Assembly: GCF_036507355.1 (NCBI RefSeq)
Contig: NZ_AP027877.1
Source: Escherichia coli
GTDB lineage: Bacteria > Pseudomonadota > Gammaproteobacteria > Enterobacterales > Enterobacteriaceae
Length of the DNA stretch: 64,000 nucleotides
Strand: one strand, 5' to 3'
Part shown: positions 11,766 through 23,376 of the stretch, piece after piece
How positions within the stretch are numbered: the first letter of the stretch is position 1
Layout: every line of letters begins with the position of its first letter
Made by a program: the position numbers and the translations under genes
The notes under the pieces: generated by a model
Database searches by the model: none
What the model was told of the DNA's origin: nothing
What the model saw: the letters and a program-made list of their open reading frames with translations, nothing else

Positions 11766-11793
11766 ATATCGACTTTGTAATAGGAGTCCATCC

Positions 11794-12714
11794 ATGAGCA
11801 CCTTAGGTCATCAATACGATAACTCACTGGTTTCCAACGCCTTTGGTTTTTTACGCCTGCCGATGAACTTCCAGCCGTATGACAGCGATGCCGACTGGGT
11901 GATCACCGGCGTGCCGTTCGACATGGCCACCTCTGGCCGTGCCGGTGGTCGTCACGGCCCGGCGGCGATTCGCCAGGTTTCGACTAACCTGGCCTGGGAA
12001 CACAACCGCTTCCCGTGGAATTTCGACATGCGCGAGCGTCTGAACGTGGTGGACTGCGGCGATCTGGTATATGCCTTCGGCGATGCCCGTGAGATGAGCG
12101 AAAAACTGCAGGCACACGCCGAGAAGCTGCTGGCTGCCGGTAAGCGTATGCTCTCCTTCGGTGGTGACCACTTTGTTACGCTGCCGCTGCTGCGTGCTCA
12201 TGCGAAGCATTTCGGCAAAATGGCGCTGGTACACTTTGACGCCCACACCGATACCTACGCGAACGGTTGTGAATTTGACCACGGCACCATGTTCTATACC
12301 GCGCCGAAAGAAGGTCTGATCGACCCGAATCATTCCGTGCAGATTGGTATTCGTACCGAATTTGATAAAGACAACGGCTTTACCGTGCTGGACGCCTGCC
12401 AGGTGAACGATCGCAGCGTGGATGACGTTATCGCCCAGGTGAAACAAATTGTGGGTGATATGCCGGTTTACCTGACCTTTGATATCGACTGCCTGGATCC
12501 TGCATTTGCGCCGGGAACCGGTACGCCGGTAATTGGCGGTCTGACCTCCGATCGCGCTATTAAACTGGTACGCGGCCTGAAAGATCTCAACATCGTTGGG
12601 ATGGACGTAGTGGAAGTGGCTCCGGCATACGATCAGTCGGAAATCACCGCTCTGGCAGCGGCAACGCTGGCGCTGGAAATGCTGTATATTCAGGCGGCGA
12701 AAAAGGGCGAGTAA
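11794..12714 (+). CDS. speB: agmatinase (agmatine ureohydrolase)
   Basis: 306-aa [55 protein letters not shown]... Confidence 0.95.
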   Translation: MSTLGHQYDNSLVSNAFGFLRLPMNFQPYDSDADWVITGVPFDMATSGRAGGRHGPAAIRQVSTNLAWEHNRFPWNFDMRERLNVVDCGDLVYAFGDAREMSEKLQAHAEKLLAAGKRMLSFGGDHFVTLPLLRAHAKHFGKMALVHFDAHTDTYANGCEFDHGTMFYTAPKEGLIDPNHSVQIGIRTEFDKDNGFTVLDACQVNDRSVDDVIAQVKQIVGDMPVYLTFDIDCLDPAFAPGTGTPVIGGLTSDRAIKLVRGLKDLNIVGMDVVEVAPAYDQSEITALAAATLALEMLYIQAAKKGE

Positions 12715-12753
12715 GCACCAGATGCGATGCGCACGGGTAAAACGTGCCATTAA

Positions 12754-14007
<1,254 letters not shown>

Positions 14008-14008
14008 C

Positions 14009-14067
<59 letters not shown>

Positions 14068-14077
14068 GTTCGGCACC

Positions 14078-14178
14078 CGTAGGCCGGATAAGATGCGCCA
14101 GCATCGCATCCGGCAATGCGCACAAGGTAACAAATGTGCCATTCATGTCAGATGCGGGGTGAACGCCTTATCTGACCT
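14078..14178. repeat. REP/BIME cluster downstream of the IS621-like element (one inverted REP, one direct REP)
   Basis: CGTAGGCCGGATAAGATGCGCCAGCATCGCATCCGGC followed by GTGCCATTCATGTCAGATGCGGGGTGAACGCCTTATCTGACCT, a near-copy of the REP upstream of the element. Confidence 0.75.
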
Positions 14179-14198
14179 TCGTTCGACACCACCAGGCT

Positions 14199-14957
14199 TT
14201 ACTTTATCCCATCCGCGCTCATACGATCGCGAATATGCTGGGCGCGTTCGGCGGATGCAGGATGGTCGTCAAACATTGAGCTTTGGCGGCCTTCTTCCAG
14301 TTTCGCCAGTTTTTCAAAGCTGGTGGCAAGACCTGCCGGGCTGATGCCGCGTTGGCGCAGAAGATCGTAAGAATAATCATCGGCTTCTGCTTCCTGGCGC
14401 TGGGAGAATTGCGAATTAACTAATTTCTCGCCCAGATCACCGAGTTGTGATTGAGATAAACTGCCGACAATCCCGCCCGCAGAGGCCGCAGCTACTCGCA
14501 CGGCATTTGTACCAAGTGCCACCTGCATTCCTTTTTTCACATGGCCTAACGCCACGTGCCCCATTTCGTGACCGATCACCGCTTCGACTTCGTTATCCGT
14601 CATCATATCCATCAGCCCGCTATAGACACGGATACAGCCGTTAGCCATTGCAAAGGCGTTCACATCCTTCGCCATATACACTTTGTAATTTACCGGCTGA
14701 CCGTTGATATTGTTGCCTAGCGCATTGGCAATAGTTGTCAGACGTTTAGCGTATTCGCTATTGGCTGGCGCAATCGTCGCCTTACTGTCCATCTCCTGAC
14801 ATGCCTGATCGCTCAGGGTTTTCACCTGCGCATCACTCAAACTGTAAGCCTGAAAAGCTTCCGCTCCTGATGAGAGCAGTCCGTTGGAGTCCATATTCTG
14901 GCAACCGGTCAGTACCGTTGCCACGCTCATTGCTACCAATAAGGCGCGAATTTTCAT
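14199..14957 (-). CDS. loiP: M48-family metalloprotease LoiP (YggG)
   Basis: ORF 14199-15176; start at ATG 14957 gives the 252-aa lipoprotein MKIRALLVAMSVATVLTGCQNMDSNGLLSS... with HEMGH motif. Confidence 0.9.
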   Translation of the reverse strand: MKIRALLVAMSVATVLTGCQNMDSNGLLSSGAEAFQAYSLSDAQVKTLSDQACQEMDSKATIAPANSEYAKRLTTIANALGNNINGQPVNYKVYMAKDVNAFAMANGCIRVYSGLMDMMTDNEVEAVIGHEMGHVALGHVKKGMQVALGTNAVRVAAASAGGIVGSLSQSQLGDLGEKLVNSQFSQRQEAEADDYSYDLLRQRGISPAGLATSFEKLAKLEEGRQSSMFDDHPASAERAQHIRDRMSADGIK

Positions 14958-15234
14958 GTTTTTTCTTCCGCACAAGGTCAGGATTATTCTAAAAATGCGC
15001 CGTTTGCAGGTGAACCGACGCTCAGTCTCAGTATAAGGAAAAGCGCAGCGGACGGGCGAGTAGATTGCGCAACATGCGAGCATGATCCAGAGATTTCTGA
15101 AGCGGCAAAAGGATGTTCCATGTACATGACGCGCGGCTTGCGGTAAATTGTTGGCAAATTTTCCGGCGTAGCCCAAAACGCGCTGTCGTCAAGTCGTTAA
15201 GGGCGTGCCCTTCATCATCCGATCTGGAGTCAAA

Positions 15235-17226
15235 ATGTCCTCACGTAAAGAGCTTGCCAATGCTATTCGTGCGCTGAGCATGGACGCAGTACAGAAAGCC
15301 AAATCCGGTCACCCGGGTGCCCCTATGGGTATGGCTGACATTGCCGAAGTCCTGTGGCGTGATTTCCTGAAACACAACCCGCAGAATCCGTCCTGGGCTG
15401 ACCGTGACCGCTTCGTGCTGTCCAACGGCCACGGCTCCATGCTGATCTACAGCCTGCTGCACCTCACCGGTTACGATCTGCCGATGGAAGAACTGAAAAA
15501 CTTCCGTCAGCTGCACTCTAAAACTCCGGGCCACCCGGAAGTGGGTTACACCGCTGGTGTGGAAACCACCACCGGTCCGCTGGGGCAGGGTATTGCCAAC
15601 GCAGTAGGTATGGCGATTGCAGAAAAAACGCTGGCGGCGCAGTTTAACCGTCCGGGCCACGACATTGTCGACCACTACACCTACGCCTTCATGGGCGACG
15701 GCTGCATGATGGAAGGCATCTCCCACGAAGTTTGCTCTCTGGCGGGTACGCTGAAGCTGGGTAAACTGATTGCGTTCTACGATGACAACGGTATCTCTAT
15801 TGATGGTCACGTTGAAGGCTGGTTCACCGACGACACCGCAATGCGTTTCGAAGCTTACGGCTGGCACGTTATTCGCGACATCGACGGTCATGACGCAGCA
15901 TCCATCAAACGCGCAGTAGAAGAAGCGCGCGCAGTGACTGACAAACCGTCCCTGCTGATGTGCAAAACCATCATCGGTTTCGGTTCCCCGAACAAAGCCG
16001 GTACTCACGACTCCCACGGTGCGCCGCTGGGTGATGCAGAAATCGCTCTGACCCGCGAACAGCTGGGCTGGAAATACGCACCGTTCGAAATCCCGTCTGA
16101 AATCTATGCGCAGTGGGATGCGAAAGAAGCAGGCCAGGCGAAAGAAGCTGCCTGGAATGAGAAATTCGCGGCTTACGCCAAAGCCTTCCCGCAGGAAGCG
16201 GCTGAATTCACCCGTCGTATGAAAGGTGAAATGCCGTCTGACTTCGACGCGAAAGCGAATGAATTCATTGCGAAGCTGCAGGCTAACCCGGCGAAAATCG
16301 CCAGCCGTAAAGCGTCGCAGAATGCTATCGAAGCGTTCGGCCCGCTGTTGCCGGAATTCCTCGGCGGCTCCGCTGACCTGGCACCGTCTAACCTGACCCT
16401 GTGGTCTGGTTCTAAAGCAATCAACGAAGATGCTGCGGGTAACTACATCCACTACGGTGTTCGCGAGTTCGGTATGACCGCGATTGCTAACGGTATCTCC
16501 CTGCACGGTGGCTTCCTGCCGTACACCTCCACCTTCCTGATGTTTGTCGAATACGCACGTAACGCCGTACGTATGGCTGCGCTGATGAAACAGCGTCAGG
16601 TGATGGTTTACACCCACGACTCCATCGGTCTGGGCGAAGACGGCCCGACTCACCAGCCGGTTGAGCAGGTCGCTTCTCTGCGCGTGACCCCGAACATGTC
16701 TACATGGCGTCCGTGTGACCAGGTTGAATCTGCAGTAGCGTGGAAATACGGCGTTGAGCGTCAGGACGGCCCGACCGCGCTGATCCTCTCCCGTCAGAAC
16801 CTGGCGCAGCAGGAGCGTACTGAAGAGCAACTGGCAAACATCGCGCGCGGTGGTTATGTACTGAAAGACTGCGCCGGTCAGCCGGAACTGATTTTCATCG
16901 CTACCGGTTCAGAAGTTGAATTGGCGGTTGCTGCCTACGAAAAACTGACTGCTGAAGGCGTGAAAGCGCGCGTGGTGTCCATGCCGTCTACCGACGCATT
17001 TGACAAGCAGGATGCGGCTTACCGTGAATCCGTACTGCCGAAAGCGGTTACTGCACGCGTTGCTGTAGAAGCGGGTATTGCTGACTACTGGTACAAGTAT
17101 GTTGGCCTGAACGGTGCTATCGTCGGTATGACCACCTTCGGTGAATCTGCTCCGGCAGAGCTGCTGTTTGAAGAGTTCGGCTTCACTGTTGATAACGTTG
17201 TTGCGAAAGCAAAAGCGCTGCTGTAA
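15235..17226 (+). CDS. tktA: transketolase 1
   Basis: ORF 15205-17226; start at ATG 15235 gives the 663-aa product [52 protein letters not shown]... Confidence 0.96.
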   Translation: MSSRKELANAIRALSMDAVQKAKSGHPGAPMGMADIAEVLWRDFLKHNPQNPSWADRDRFVLSNGHGSMLIYSLLHLTGYDLPMEELKNFRQLHSKTPGHPEVGYTAGVETTTGPLGQGIANAVGMAIAEKTLAAQFNRPGHDIVDHYTYAFMGDGCMMEGISHEVCSLAGTLKLGKLIAFYDDNGISIDGHVEGWFTDDTAMRFEAYGWHVIRDIDGHDAASIKRAVEEARAVTDKPSLLMCKTIIGFGSPNKAGTHDSHGAPLGDAEIALTREQLGWKYAPFEIPSEIYAQWDAKEAGQAKEAAWNEKFAAYAKAFPQEAAEFTRRMKGEMPSDFDAKANEFIAKLQANPAKIASRKASQNAIEAFGPLLPEFLGGSADLAPSNLTLWSGSKAINEDAAGNYIHYGVREFGMTAIANGISLHGGFLPYTSTFLMFVEYARNAVRMAALMKQRQVMVYTHDSIGLGEDGPTHQPVEQVASLRVTPNMSTWRPCDQVESAVAWKYGVERQDGPTALILSRQNLAQQERTEEQLANIARGGYVLKDCAGQPELIFIATGSEVELAVAAYEKLTAEGVKARVVSMPSTDAFDKQDAAYRESVLPKAVTARVAVEAGIADYWYKYVGLNGAIVGMTTFGESAPAELLFEEFGFTVDNVVAKAKALL

Positions 17227-17289
17227 TCAGTAAGACGTTTTGTGAGAAGGGCCGCGAAAGCGGCCCTTTAGATTATTGGTAAAGTGCGC

Positions 17290-17400
<111 letters not shown>

Positions 17401-17420
17401 TTGCTTTTGCCATCACTCTC

Positions 17421-17447
17421 AAGGGCCGCGAAAGCGGCCCTTTTTTT
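17421..17447 (+). terminator. rho-independent terminator (GC hairpin plus T7), second copy of the tktA-distal hairpin
   Basis: AAGGGCCGCGAAAGCGGCCCTTTTTTT; the stop codon of the convergent SPFH gene overlaps the T-run. Confidence 0.65.
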
Positions 17448-18354
17448 ACTTAGTAGAGATAAACGGAACTGTGCTGCCGGGGATCATGGTATCGGGCAGT
17501 TTACCGTCCCAACGTTCGGCAGTGGTGAGGGCTACAAGTCCGGGATTATCCCGCAGAGCTTCACCGCGCAGGCGGATTGCTTCTGCTTCAGCCGCACTTT
17601 TTAAACGAATAGTTTCAGCCTCTGCCGCGCCTCTTACGCGAATAGTTTCCGCTTCTGCTTTGGCTGCCGCCAGTTTACTGTCTGCTTCTGCCTGGGCCTG
17701 AGTTACCGCTATTTGCGCCTGGATTTTCTCTGTTTCCAGATTTTGCTTACGCGTGGCAATGGCGACTTCTGCTTTCATTCGGTCTTCAATCGACTTTTCA
17801 TAAGCGTCAGAAAAATCAATATTTTCAATCTGGACCCCGTCAATTACCACTGGCCCAACAACGGCTTTGCGCATGGCATTTTGCAGATCCTGAACCAGTT
17901 TTGTACGATCCTGTACAGCGCTGATGGCGGTATATTGGCCGAAAACGTTCTCCAGTTGAGTTGGCAACTGACGGACAATCAGACGATCTTTTAATGCTTC
18001 AATGGTGTTGTAGGTGGTATAAACCGCGCCTGCTTCTGAAGGTTTAATGTGGAAGCTGACTGATACTGTCATTTGTGCCGGTTGCTGGTCGCGGCTGTAG
18101 GCCTGTAATCCCTGATAGACCACAGCCTGATTACGCGTGGAAATTTTCTCCACGCTTTCCATAAACGGGATCTTAAAACCCAGACCCGGCTCGGCAACTT
18201 TTACGATTTTTCCGTAGCGCAGCAAAATGCCGCGTTCACCTTCATTAACGGTGTAATACGAGAGAAATGGCAGCACAACCACGGCAAGCACGCCAATGGC
18301 GATAGCAAGAGATTTTTGTGGGCGAAATGAGGTTAATGAAACAGGTGCTTTCAT
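17446..18354 (-). CDS. prohibitin-like SPFH/band-7 membrane protein (302 aa)
   Basis: ORF MKAPVSLTSFRPQKSLAIAIGVLAVVVLPFLSYYTVNEGERGILLRYGKIVKV...: N-terminal TM helix, PHB domain, C-terminal Ala/Glu-rich coiled coil with tandem AEAE[TA]IR[VL][RK] repeats; not one of the K-12 SPFH genes I know (hflK, hflC, qmcA, yqiK). Confidence 0.75.
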   Translation of the reverse strand: MKAPVSLTSFRPQKSLAIAIGVLAVVVLPFLSYYTVNEGERGILLRYGKIVKVAEPGLGFKIPFMESVEKISTRNQAVVYQGLQAYSRDQQPAQMTVSVSFHIKPSEAGAVYTTYNTIEALKDRLIVRQLPTQLENVFGQYTAISAVQDRTKLVQDLQNAMRKAVVGPVVIDGVQIENIDFSDAYEKSIEDRMKAEVAIATRKQNLETEKIQAQIAVTQAQAEADSKLAAAKAEAETIRVRGAAEAETIRLKSAAEAEAIRLRGEALRDNPGLVALTTAERWDGKLPDTMIPGSTVPFISTK

Positions 18355-18731
18355 GACAATCTTCCTTGAGTAAAGTGTGGGAATATGTCACATGAGATGA
18401 GGAGAAAACAGCCGACAGGTGAGAATTCAGAATCTATAAAGGGGTATAGCGAAAAAACATTGCATTAGAAAAGTATGTTTTCGAACATTCAATAAATAAA
18501 TAGAGATATGCATCACAAATACAATAACAAACAAAATGTTGATTTTGTGATAAATATAACAAATACAAAGTTGACTTTAAAAATATCAATTTCATATTGT
18601 TGTTATTTAAGGTTTTATTATTTTGGTTTATGGGGTTTTTCTTCTCGCGTACCCAATTGCTTTCATTAAACCGCACGAGTATTTTATTTTTACCGCCTGA
18701 CGGTACCCTAAAAATAAAATAAGGATAATTT

Positions 18732-19175
18732 ATGCGGCTTAGTGATTATTTTCCAGAATCATCAATCTCAGTTATACATTCAGCAAAAGATTGGCAGGAA
18801 GCTATCGATTTCTCGATGGTATCATTGCTGGATAAAAACTATATCAGCGAGAATTACATTCAGGCAATTAAAGATTCCACCATTAACAATGGCCCTTATT
18901 ATATTCTCGCACCAGGCGTGGCAATGCCTCATGCGCGACCGGAATGTGGGGCGCTTAAAACCGGGATGTCTTTGACATTACTTGAACAAGGTGTTTATTT
19001 TCCGGGGAATGACGAACCAATTAAATTACTCATCGGACTCTCTGCTGCCGATGCCGATTCGCACATTGGCGCTATTCAGGCGTTAAGTGAATTACTGTGC
19101 GAAGAAGAAATACTCGAACAACTCTTAACAGCATCATCAGAAAAACAATTAGCGGACATTATCAGCCGCGGATAA
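18732..19175 (+). CDS. cmtB: cryptic mannitol-type PTS enzyme IIA component
   Basis: 147-aa ORF MRLSDYFPESSISVIHSAKDWQEAIDFSMVSLLDKNYISENYIQAIKD... Confidence 0.9.
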   Translation: MRLSDYFPESSISVIHSAKDWQEAIDFSMVSLLDKNYISENYIQAIKDSTINNGPYYILAPGVAMPHARPECGALKTGMSLTLLEQGVYFPGNDEPIKLLIGLSAADADSHIGAIQALSELLCEEEILEQLLTASSEKQLADIISRG

Positions 19176-19202
19176 TTACTCTCTCCTCTACAGGATAATA
19201 TT

Positions 19203-20591
19203 ATGGAAAACAAGTCTGCTCGTGCAAAGGTCCAGGCTTTTGGGGGCTTTTTGACTGCAATGGTCATCCCCAATATTGGTGCTTTTATTGCCTGGGGTTT
19301 TATTACTGCGTTATTTATTCCCACCGGTTGGCTGCCTAACGAACATTTCGCCAAAATTGTCGGCCCGATGATTACCTATTTATTGCCCGTGATGATTGGT
19401 TCTACCGGTGGTCATCTGGTCGGCGGTAAACGCGGCGCGGTCATGGGCGGAATAGGTACTATTGGTGTGATCGTCGGCGCAGAGATCCCGATGTTCCTTG
19501 GCTCAATGATTATGGGGCCGCTCGGTGGTCTGGTCATAAAATATGTTGATAAGGCACTGGAAAAACGCATACCTGCCGGTTTTGAGATGGTTATCAATAA
19601 CTTCTCATTAGGTATCGCGGGGATGCTCCTTTGCCTGCTGGGTTTTGAAGTGATCGGCCCGGCGGTGTTAATTGCCAATACTTTCGTCAAAGAGTGTATT
19701 GAGGCGCTGGTACATGCGGGTTATCTGCCTCTGCTGTCAGTCATCAATGAACCGGCGAAAGTGCTTTTCCTTAATAATGCGATCGATCAGGGCGTCTATT
19801 ATCCGCTGGGAATGCAACAGGCTTCGGTTAACGGTAAATCCATCTTCTTTATGGTGGCCTCTAACCCAGGTCCGGGCCTGGGGCTGCTGCTGGCGTTTAC
19901 CTTGTTTGGTAAAGGGATGAGTAAACGTTCTGCGCCCGGGGCGATGATTATTCACTTCCTCGGTGGGATCCACGAACTGTATTTCCCATATGTGCTGATG
20001 AAGCCGCTGACTATTATTGCCATGATTGCGGGCGGTATGTCTGGCACCTGGATGTTTAACTTACTGGACGGTGGTCTGGTGGCTGGCCCAAGTCCGGGGT
20101 CTATCTTTGCTTACCTGGCGCTGACGCCGAAAGGTTCGTTCCTGGCGACAATTGCCGGTGTTACGGTAGGTACCCTGGTGTCCTTTGCTATCACTTCGCT
20201 GATACTGAAGATGGAAAAAACGGTGGAAACGGAGAGCGAAGATGAGTTTGCTCAGTCAGCCAATGCGGTTAAGGCGATGAAACAAGAGGGTGCATTCTCG
20301 TTAAGCAGGGTTAAGCGTATCGCCTTTGTTTGCGATGCGGGGATGGGCTCCAGTGCGATGGGCGCGACCACCTTCCGTAAACGCCTGGAAAAAGCGGGGC
20401 TGGCAATTGAAGTAAAACATTACGCCATAGAAAACGTGCCTGCGGATGCGGATATCGTCGTTACTCATGCCAGTCTGGAAGGGCGCGTGAAACGTGTGAC
20501 GGATAAACCACTGATATTGATTAACAACTATATTGGCGATCCAAAACTCGACACTTTATTTAATCAATTAACCGCCGAACATAAACACTGA
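19203..20591 (+). CDS. cmtA: cryptic mannitol-type PTS enzyme IICB component
   Basis: 462-aa ORF MENKSARAKVQAFGGFLTAMVIPNIGAFIAWGFITALFIPTGWLPNEHF... Confidence 0.9.
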   Translation: MENKSARAKVQAFGGFLTAMVIPNIGAFIAWGFITALFIPTGWLPNEHFAKIVGPMITYLLPVMIGSTGGHLVGGKRGAVMGGIGTIGVIVGAEIPMFLGSMIMGPLGGLVIKYVDKALEKRIPAGFEMVINNFSLGIAGMLLCLLGFEVIGPAVLIANTFVKECIEALVHAGYLPLLSVINEPAKVLFLNNAIDQGVYYPLGMQQASVNGKSIFFMVASNPGPGLGLLLAFTLFGKGMSKRSAPGAMIIHFLGGIHELYFPYVLMKPLTIIAMIAGGMSGTWMFNLLDGGLVAGPSPGSIFAYLALTPKGSFLATIAGVTVGTLVSFAITSLILKMEKTVETESEDEFAQSANAVKAMKQEGAFSLSRVKRIAFVCDAGMGSSAMGATTFRKRLEKAGLAIEVKHYAIENVPADADIVVTHASLEGRVKRVTDKPLILINNYIGDPKLDTLFNQLTAEHKH

Positions 20592-20605
20592 TTACAGAGG
20601 TAAAA

Positions 20606-21883
20606 ATGAAAACCAAAGTTGCTGCTATTTATGGCAAGCGGGATGTCCGTCTGCGCGAATTTGAACTGCCAGAAATTACCGATAATGAATTACTGGTGAG
20701 TGTGATTTCTGACAGCGTCTGTTTATCCACCTGGAAAGCGGCGTTACTCGGTAGTGAACATAAACGCGTACCCGACGATTTAGAAAATCATCCGGTCATT
20801 ACCGGGCATGAATGTGCCGGGGTTATTGTCGAAGTGGGTAAAAATCTCACTGGCAAATATAAAAAAGGCCAGCGTTTTGTATTGCAACCGGCGATGGGGT
20901 TACCAAGCGGATATTCAGCGGGCTACAGCTACGAATATTTTGGCGGCAATGCCACTTATATGATTATTCCCGAAATTGCCATTAATTTGGGCTGCGTATT
21001 ACCGTATCACGGCTCTTATTTTGCTGCGGCGTCGCTGGCAGAGCCTATGTGCTGCATTATTGGTGCTTATCATGCCAATTATCACACCACGCAATATGTT
21101 TATGAGCATCGCATGGGCGTCAAACCTGGCGGCAATATTGCACTGCTGGCGTGTGCAGGTCCGATGGGCATTGGCGCTATCGATTACGCCATTAACGGCG
21201 GCATACAACCGTCGCGGGTGGTGGTGGTCGATATCGACGACAAACGTCTGGCGCAGGTACAGAAGCTGCTGCCGGTGGAACTGGCGGCCAGTAAAGGCAT
21301 TGAGCTGGTGTATGTGAATACCAAAGGGATGAGCGATCCTGTCCAGATGCTGCGGGCGCTGACAGGAGATGCCGGGTTCGATGACATTTTTGTTTATGCG
21401 GCGGTGCCTGCTGTCGTTGAGATGGCTGATGAATTACTGGCGGAAGATGGCTGTCTGAACTTCTTTGCCGGGCCGACGGATAAAAACTTCAAAGTGCCGT
21501 TTAATTTCTACAACGTTCATTACAACAGCACGCACGTCGTCGGTACATCCGGCGGTTCAACGGACGACATGAAAGAGGCGATTGCCCTTAGCGCCACTGG
21601 GCAGTTACAGCCGTCGTTTATGGTCACGCATATCGGTGGGCTGGATGCGGTGCCTGATACCGTGCTCAATCTGCCGGACATCCCTGGCGGTAAAAAACTC
21701 ATTTATAACGGCGTCACCATGCCGCTCACCGCCATTGCCGATTTTGCCGAAAAAGGCAAAACCGATCCGCTGTTTAAAGAGCTGGCGCGGCTGGTTGAGG
21801 AAACGCACGGCATCTGGAATGAGCAGGCCGAGAAATATCTGCTGGCGCAATTTGGTGTTGATATTGGGGAGGCCGCGCAATGA
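20606..21883 (+). CDS. yggP: zinc-type alcohol/polyol-phosphate dehydrogenase-like protein YggP
   Basis: 425-aa ORF MKTKVAAIYGKRDVRLREFELPEITDNELLVSVISDSVCLSTWKAALLG... Confidence 0.88.
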   Translation: MKTKVAAIYGKRDVRLREFELPEITDNELLVSVISDSVCLSTWKAALLGSEHKRVPDDLENHPVITGHECAGVIVEVGKNLTGKYKKGQRFVLQPAMGLPSGYSAGYSYEYFGGNATYMIIPEIAINLGCVLPYHGSYFAAASLAEPMCCIIGAYHANYHTTQYVYEHRMGVKPGGNIALLACAGPMGIGAIDYAINGGIQPSRVVVVDIDDKRLAQVQKLLPVELAASKGIELVYVNTKGMSDPVQMLRALTGDAGFDDIFVYAAVPAVVEMADELLAEDGCLNFFAGPTDKNFKVPFNFYNVHYNSTHVVGTSGGSTDDMKEAIALSATGQLQPSFMVTHIGGLDAVPDTVLNLPDIPGGKKLIYNGVTMPLTAIADFAEKGKTDPLFKELARLVEETHGIWNEQAEKYLLAQFGVDIGEAAQ

Positions 21884-22845
21884 TGTCCCTGGCGTGGCCA
21901 TTATTTCGCGTTACGGAACAGGCAGCGTTGGCTGCCTGGCCGCAAACCGGATGTGGCGACAAAAATAAAATTGATGGCCTGGCGGTCACCGCGATGCGCC
22001 AGGCATTAAACGACGTCGCTTTTCGTGGACGAGTGGTTATCGGCGAAGGAGAAATTGACCATGCGCCGATGCTGTGGATTGGCGAAGAGGTGGGCAAAGG
22101 CGATGGGCCAGAAGTCGATATCGCGGTTGATCCCATTGAAGGCACGCGGATGGTGGCGATGGGGCAGAGCAATGCGCTGGCGGTCATGGCTTTCGCCCCT
22201 CGAGATAGCCTGTTACATGCGCCCGATATGTATATGAAAAAGCTGGTTGTTAATCGACTGGCTGCCGGGGCGATTGATCTGTCTTTGCCTCTGGCGGACA
22301 ACTTGCGTGACGTGGCGCGGGCGTTAGGTAAACCGCTGGACAAGCTGCGCATGGTTACGCTGGATAAACCGCGTCTGAGTGCCGCGATTGAGGAAGCAAC
22401 ACAGCTGGGGGTGAAAGTTTTTGCCCTGCCGGATGGCGATGTCGCCGCCAGCGTGCTGACCTGCTGGCAGGATAATCCTTACGACGTGATGTACACCATC
22501 GGCGGCGCGCCGGAAGGCGTGATTTCTGCCTGTGCAGTCAAAGCGTTAGGCGGAGATATGCAGGCGGAATTAATCGATTTTTGTCAGGCTAAAGGGGATT
22601 ACACGGAAAATCGGCAGATTGCAGAGCAGGAGCGCAAGCGTTGCAAGGCAATGGGCGTTGACGTTAACCGTGTGTACTCGCTCGACGAACTGGTGAGGGG
22701 GAACGATATCCTCTTTAGCGCTACGGGCGTGACGGGCGGTGAGCTGGTGAACGGTATCCAACAGACGGCGAATGGGGTGCGGACGCAGACATTACTGATC
22801 GGCGGCGCGGACCAAACGTGTAATATAATAGACTCCCTGCATTGA
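21880..22845 (+). CDS. yggF: class II (GlpX-type) fructose-1,6-bisphosphatase YggF
   Basis: 321-aa ORF MMSLAWPLFRVTEQAALAAWPQTGCGDKNKIDGLAVTAMRQALNDV...; 4-nt overlap with yggP. Confidence 0.88.
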   Translation: MMSLAWPLFRVTEQAALAAWPQTGCGDKNKIDGLAVTAMRQALNDVAFRGRVVIGEGEIDHAPMLWIGEEVGKGDGPEVDIAVDPIEGTRMVAMGQSNALAVMAFAPRDSLLHAPDMYMKKLVVNRLAAGAIDLSLPLADNLRDVARALGKPLDKLRMVTLDKPRLSAAIEEATQLGVKVFALPDGDVAASVLTCWQDNPYDVMYTIGGAPEGVISACAVKALGGDMQAELIDFCQAKGDYTENRQIAEQERKRCKAMGVDVNRVYSLDELVRGNDILFSATGVTGGELVNGIQQTANGVRTQTLLIGGADQTCNIIDSLH

Positions 22846-22866
22846 TGGTGATCTATCGGAAGACCA

Positions 22867-23376
22867 ATGGCGACGCTGACAGAAGATGATGTGCTTGAGC
22901 AACTGGATGCACAGGACAATTTATTTTCATTTATGAAAACTGCGCATTCTATTTTGCTCCAGGGGATACGCCAGTTTCTGCCGTCGCTGTTTGTCGATAA
23001 CGATGAAGAGATCGTGGAATATGCAGTGAAGCCGTTACTCGCCCAAAGCGGCCCGCTTGACGATATTGATGTTGCACTGCGTTTGATTTATGCGCTGGGA
23101 AAAATGGATAAATGGCTGTACGCCGATATCACCCATTTTTCCCAGTTCTGGCATTACCTGAACGAACAGGATGAAACGCCCGGATTTGCCGATGACATGA
23201 CCTGGGATTTTATCAGCAACGTCAATAGCATAACCTGCAATGCGACGCTCTATGACGCGTTGAAAGCGATGAAGTTCGCCGATTTCGCCGTCTGGTCAGA
23301 GGCGCGTTTTAGCGGGATGGTCAAAACGGCGCTGACGCTGGCAGTAACGACCACCTTAAAGGAATTAACGCCGTGA
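22867..23376 (+). CDS. yggD: MtlR-like regulatory protein YggD
   Basis: 169-aa ORF MATLTEDDVLEQLDAQDNLFSFMKTAHSILLQGIRQFLPSLFVDNDEEIVEYAV... Confidence 0.85.
   Translation: MATLTEDDVLEQLDAQDNLFSFMKTAHSILLQGIRQFLPSLFVDNDEEIVEYAVKPLLAQSGPLDDIDVALRLIYALGKMDKWLYADITHFSQFWHYLNEQDETPGFADDMTWDFISNVNSITCNATLYDALKAMKFADFAVWSEARFSGMVKTALTLAVTTTLKELTP

Noticed and set aside
15241-16830. 529-aa reverse-strand ORF inside tktA
   Set aside because: Antisense shadow ORF of a high-confidence gene; no start context, no recognisable domains. The same applies to the long antisense ORFs inside fbaA (29857-30831), pgk (28557-29255), scpA and gcvP.
18434-18676. 80-aa ORF in the AT-rich region upstream of cmtB
   Set aside because: Asn/Lys/Tyr-rich low-complexity translation typical of AT-rich promoter DNA; no start context.
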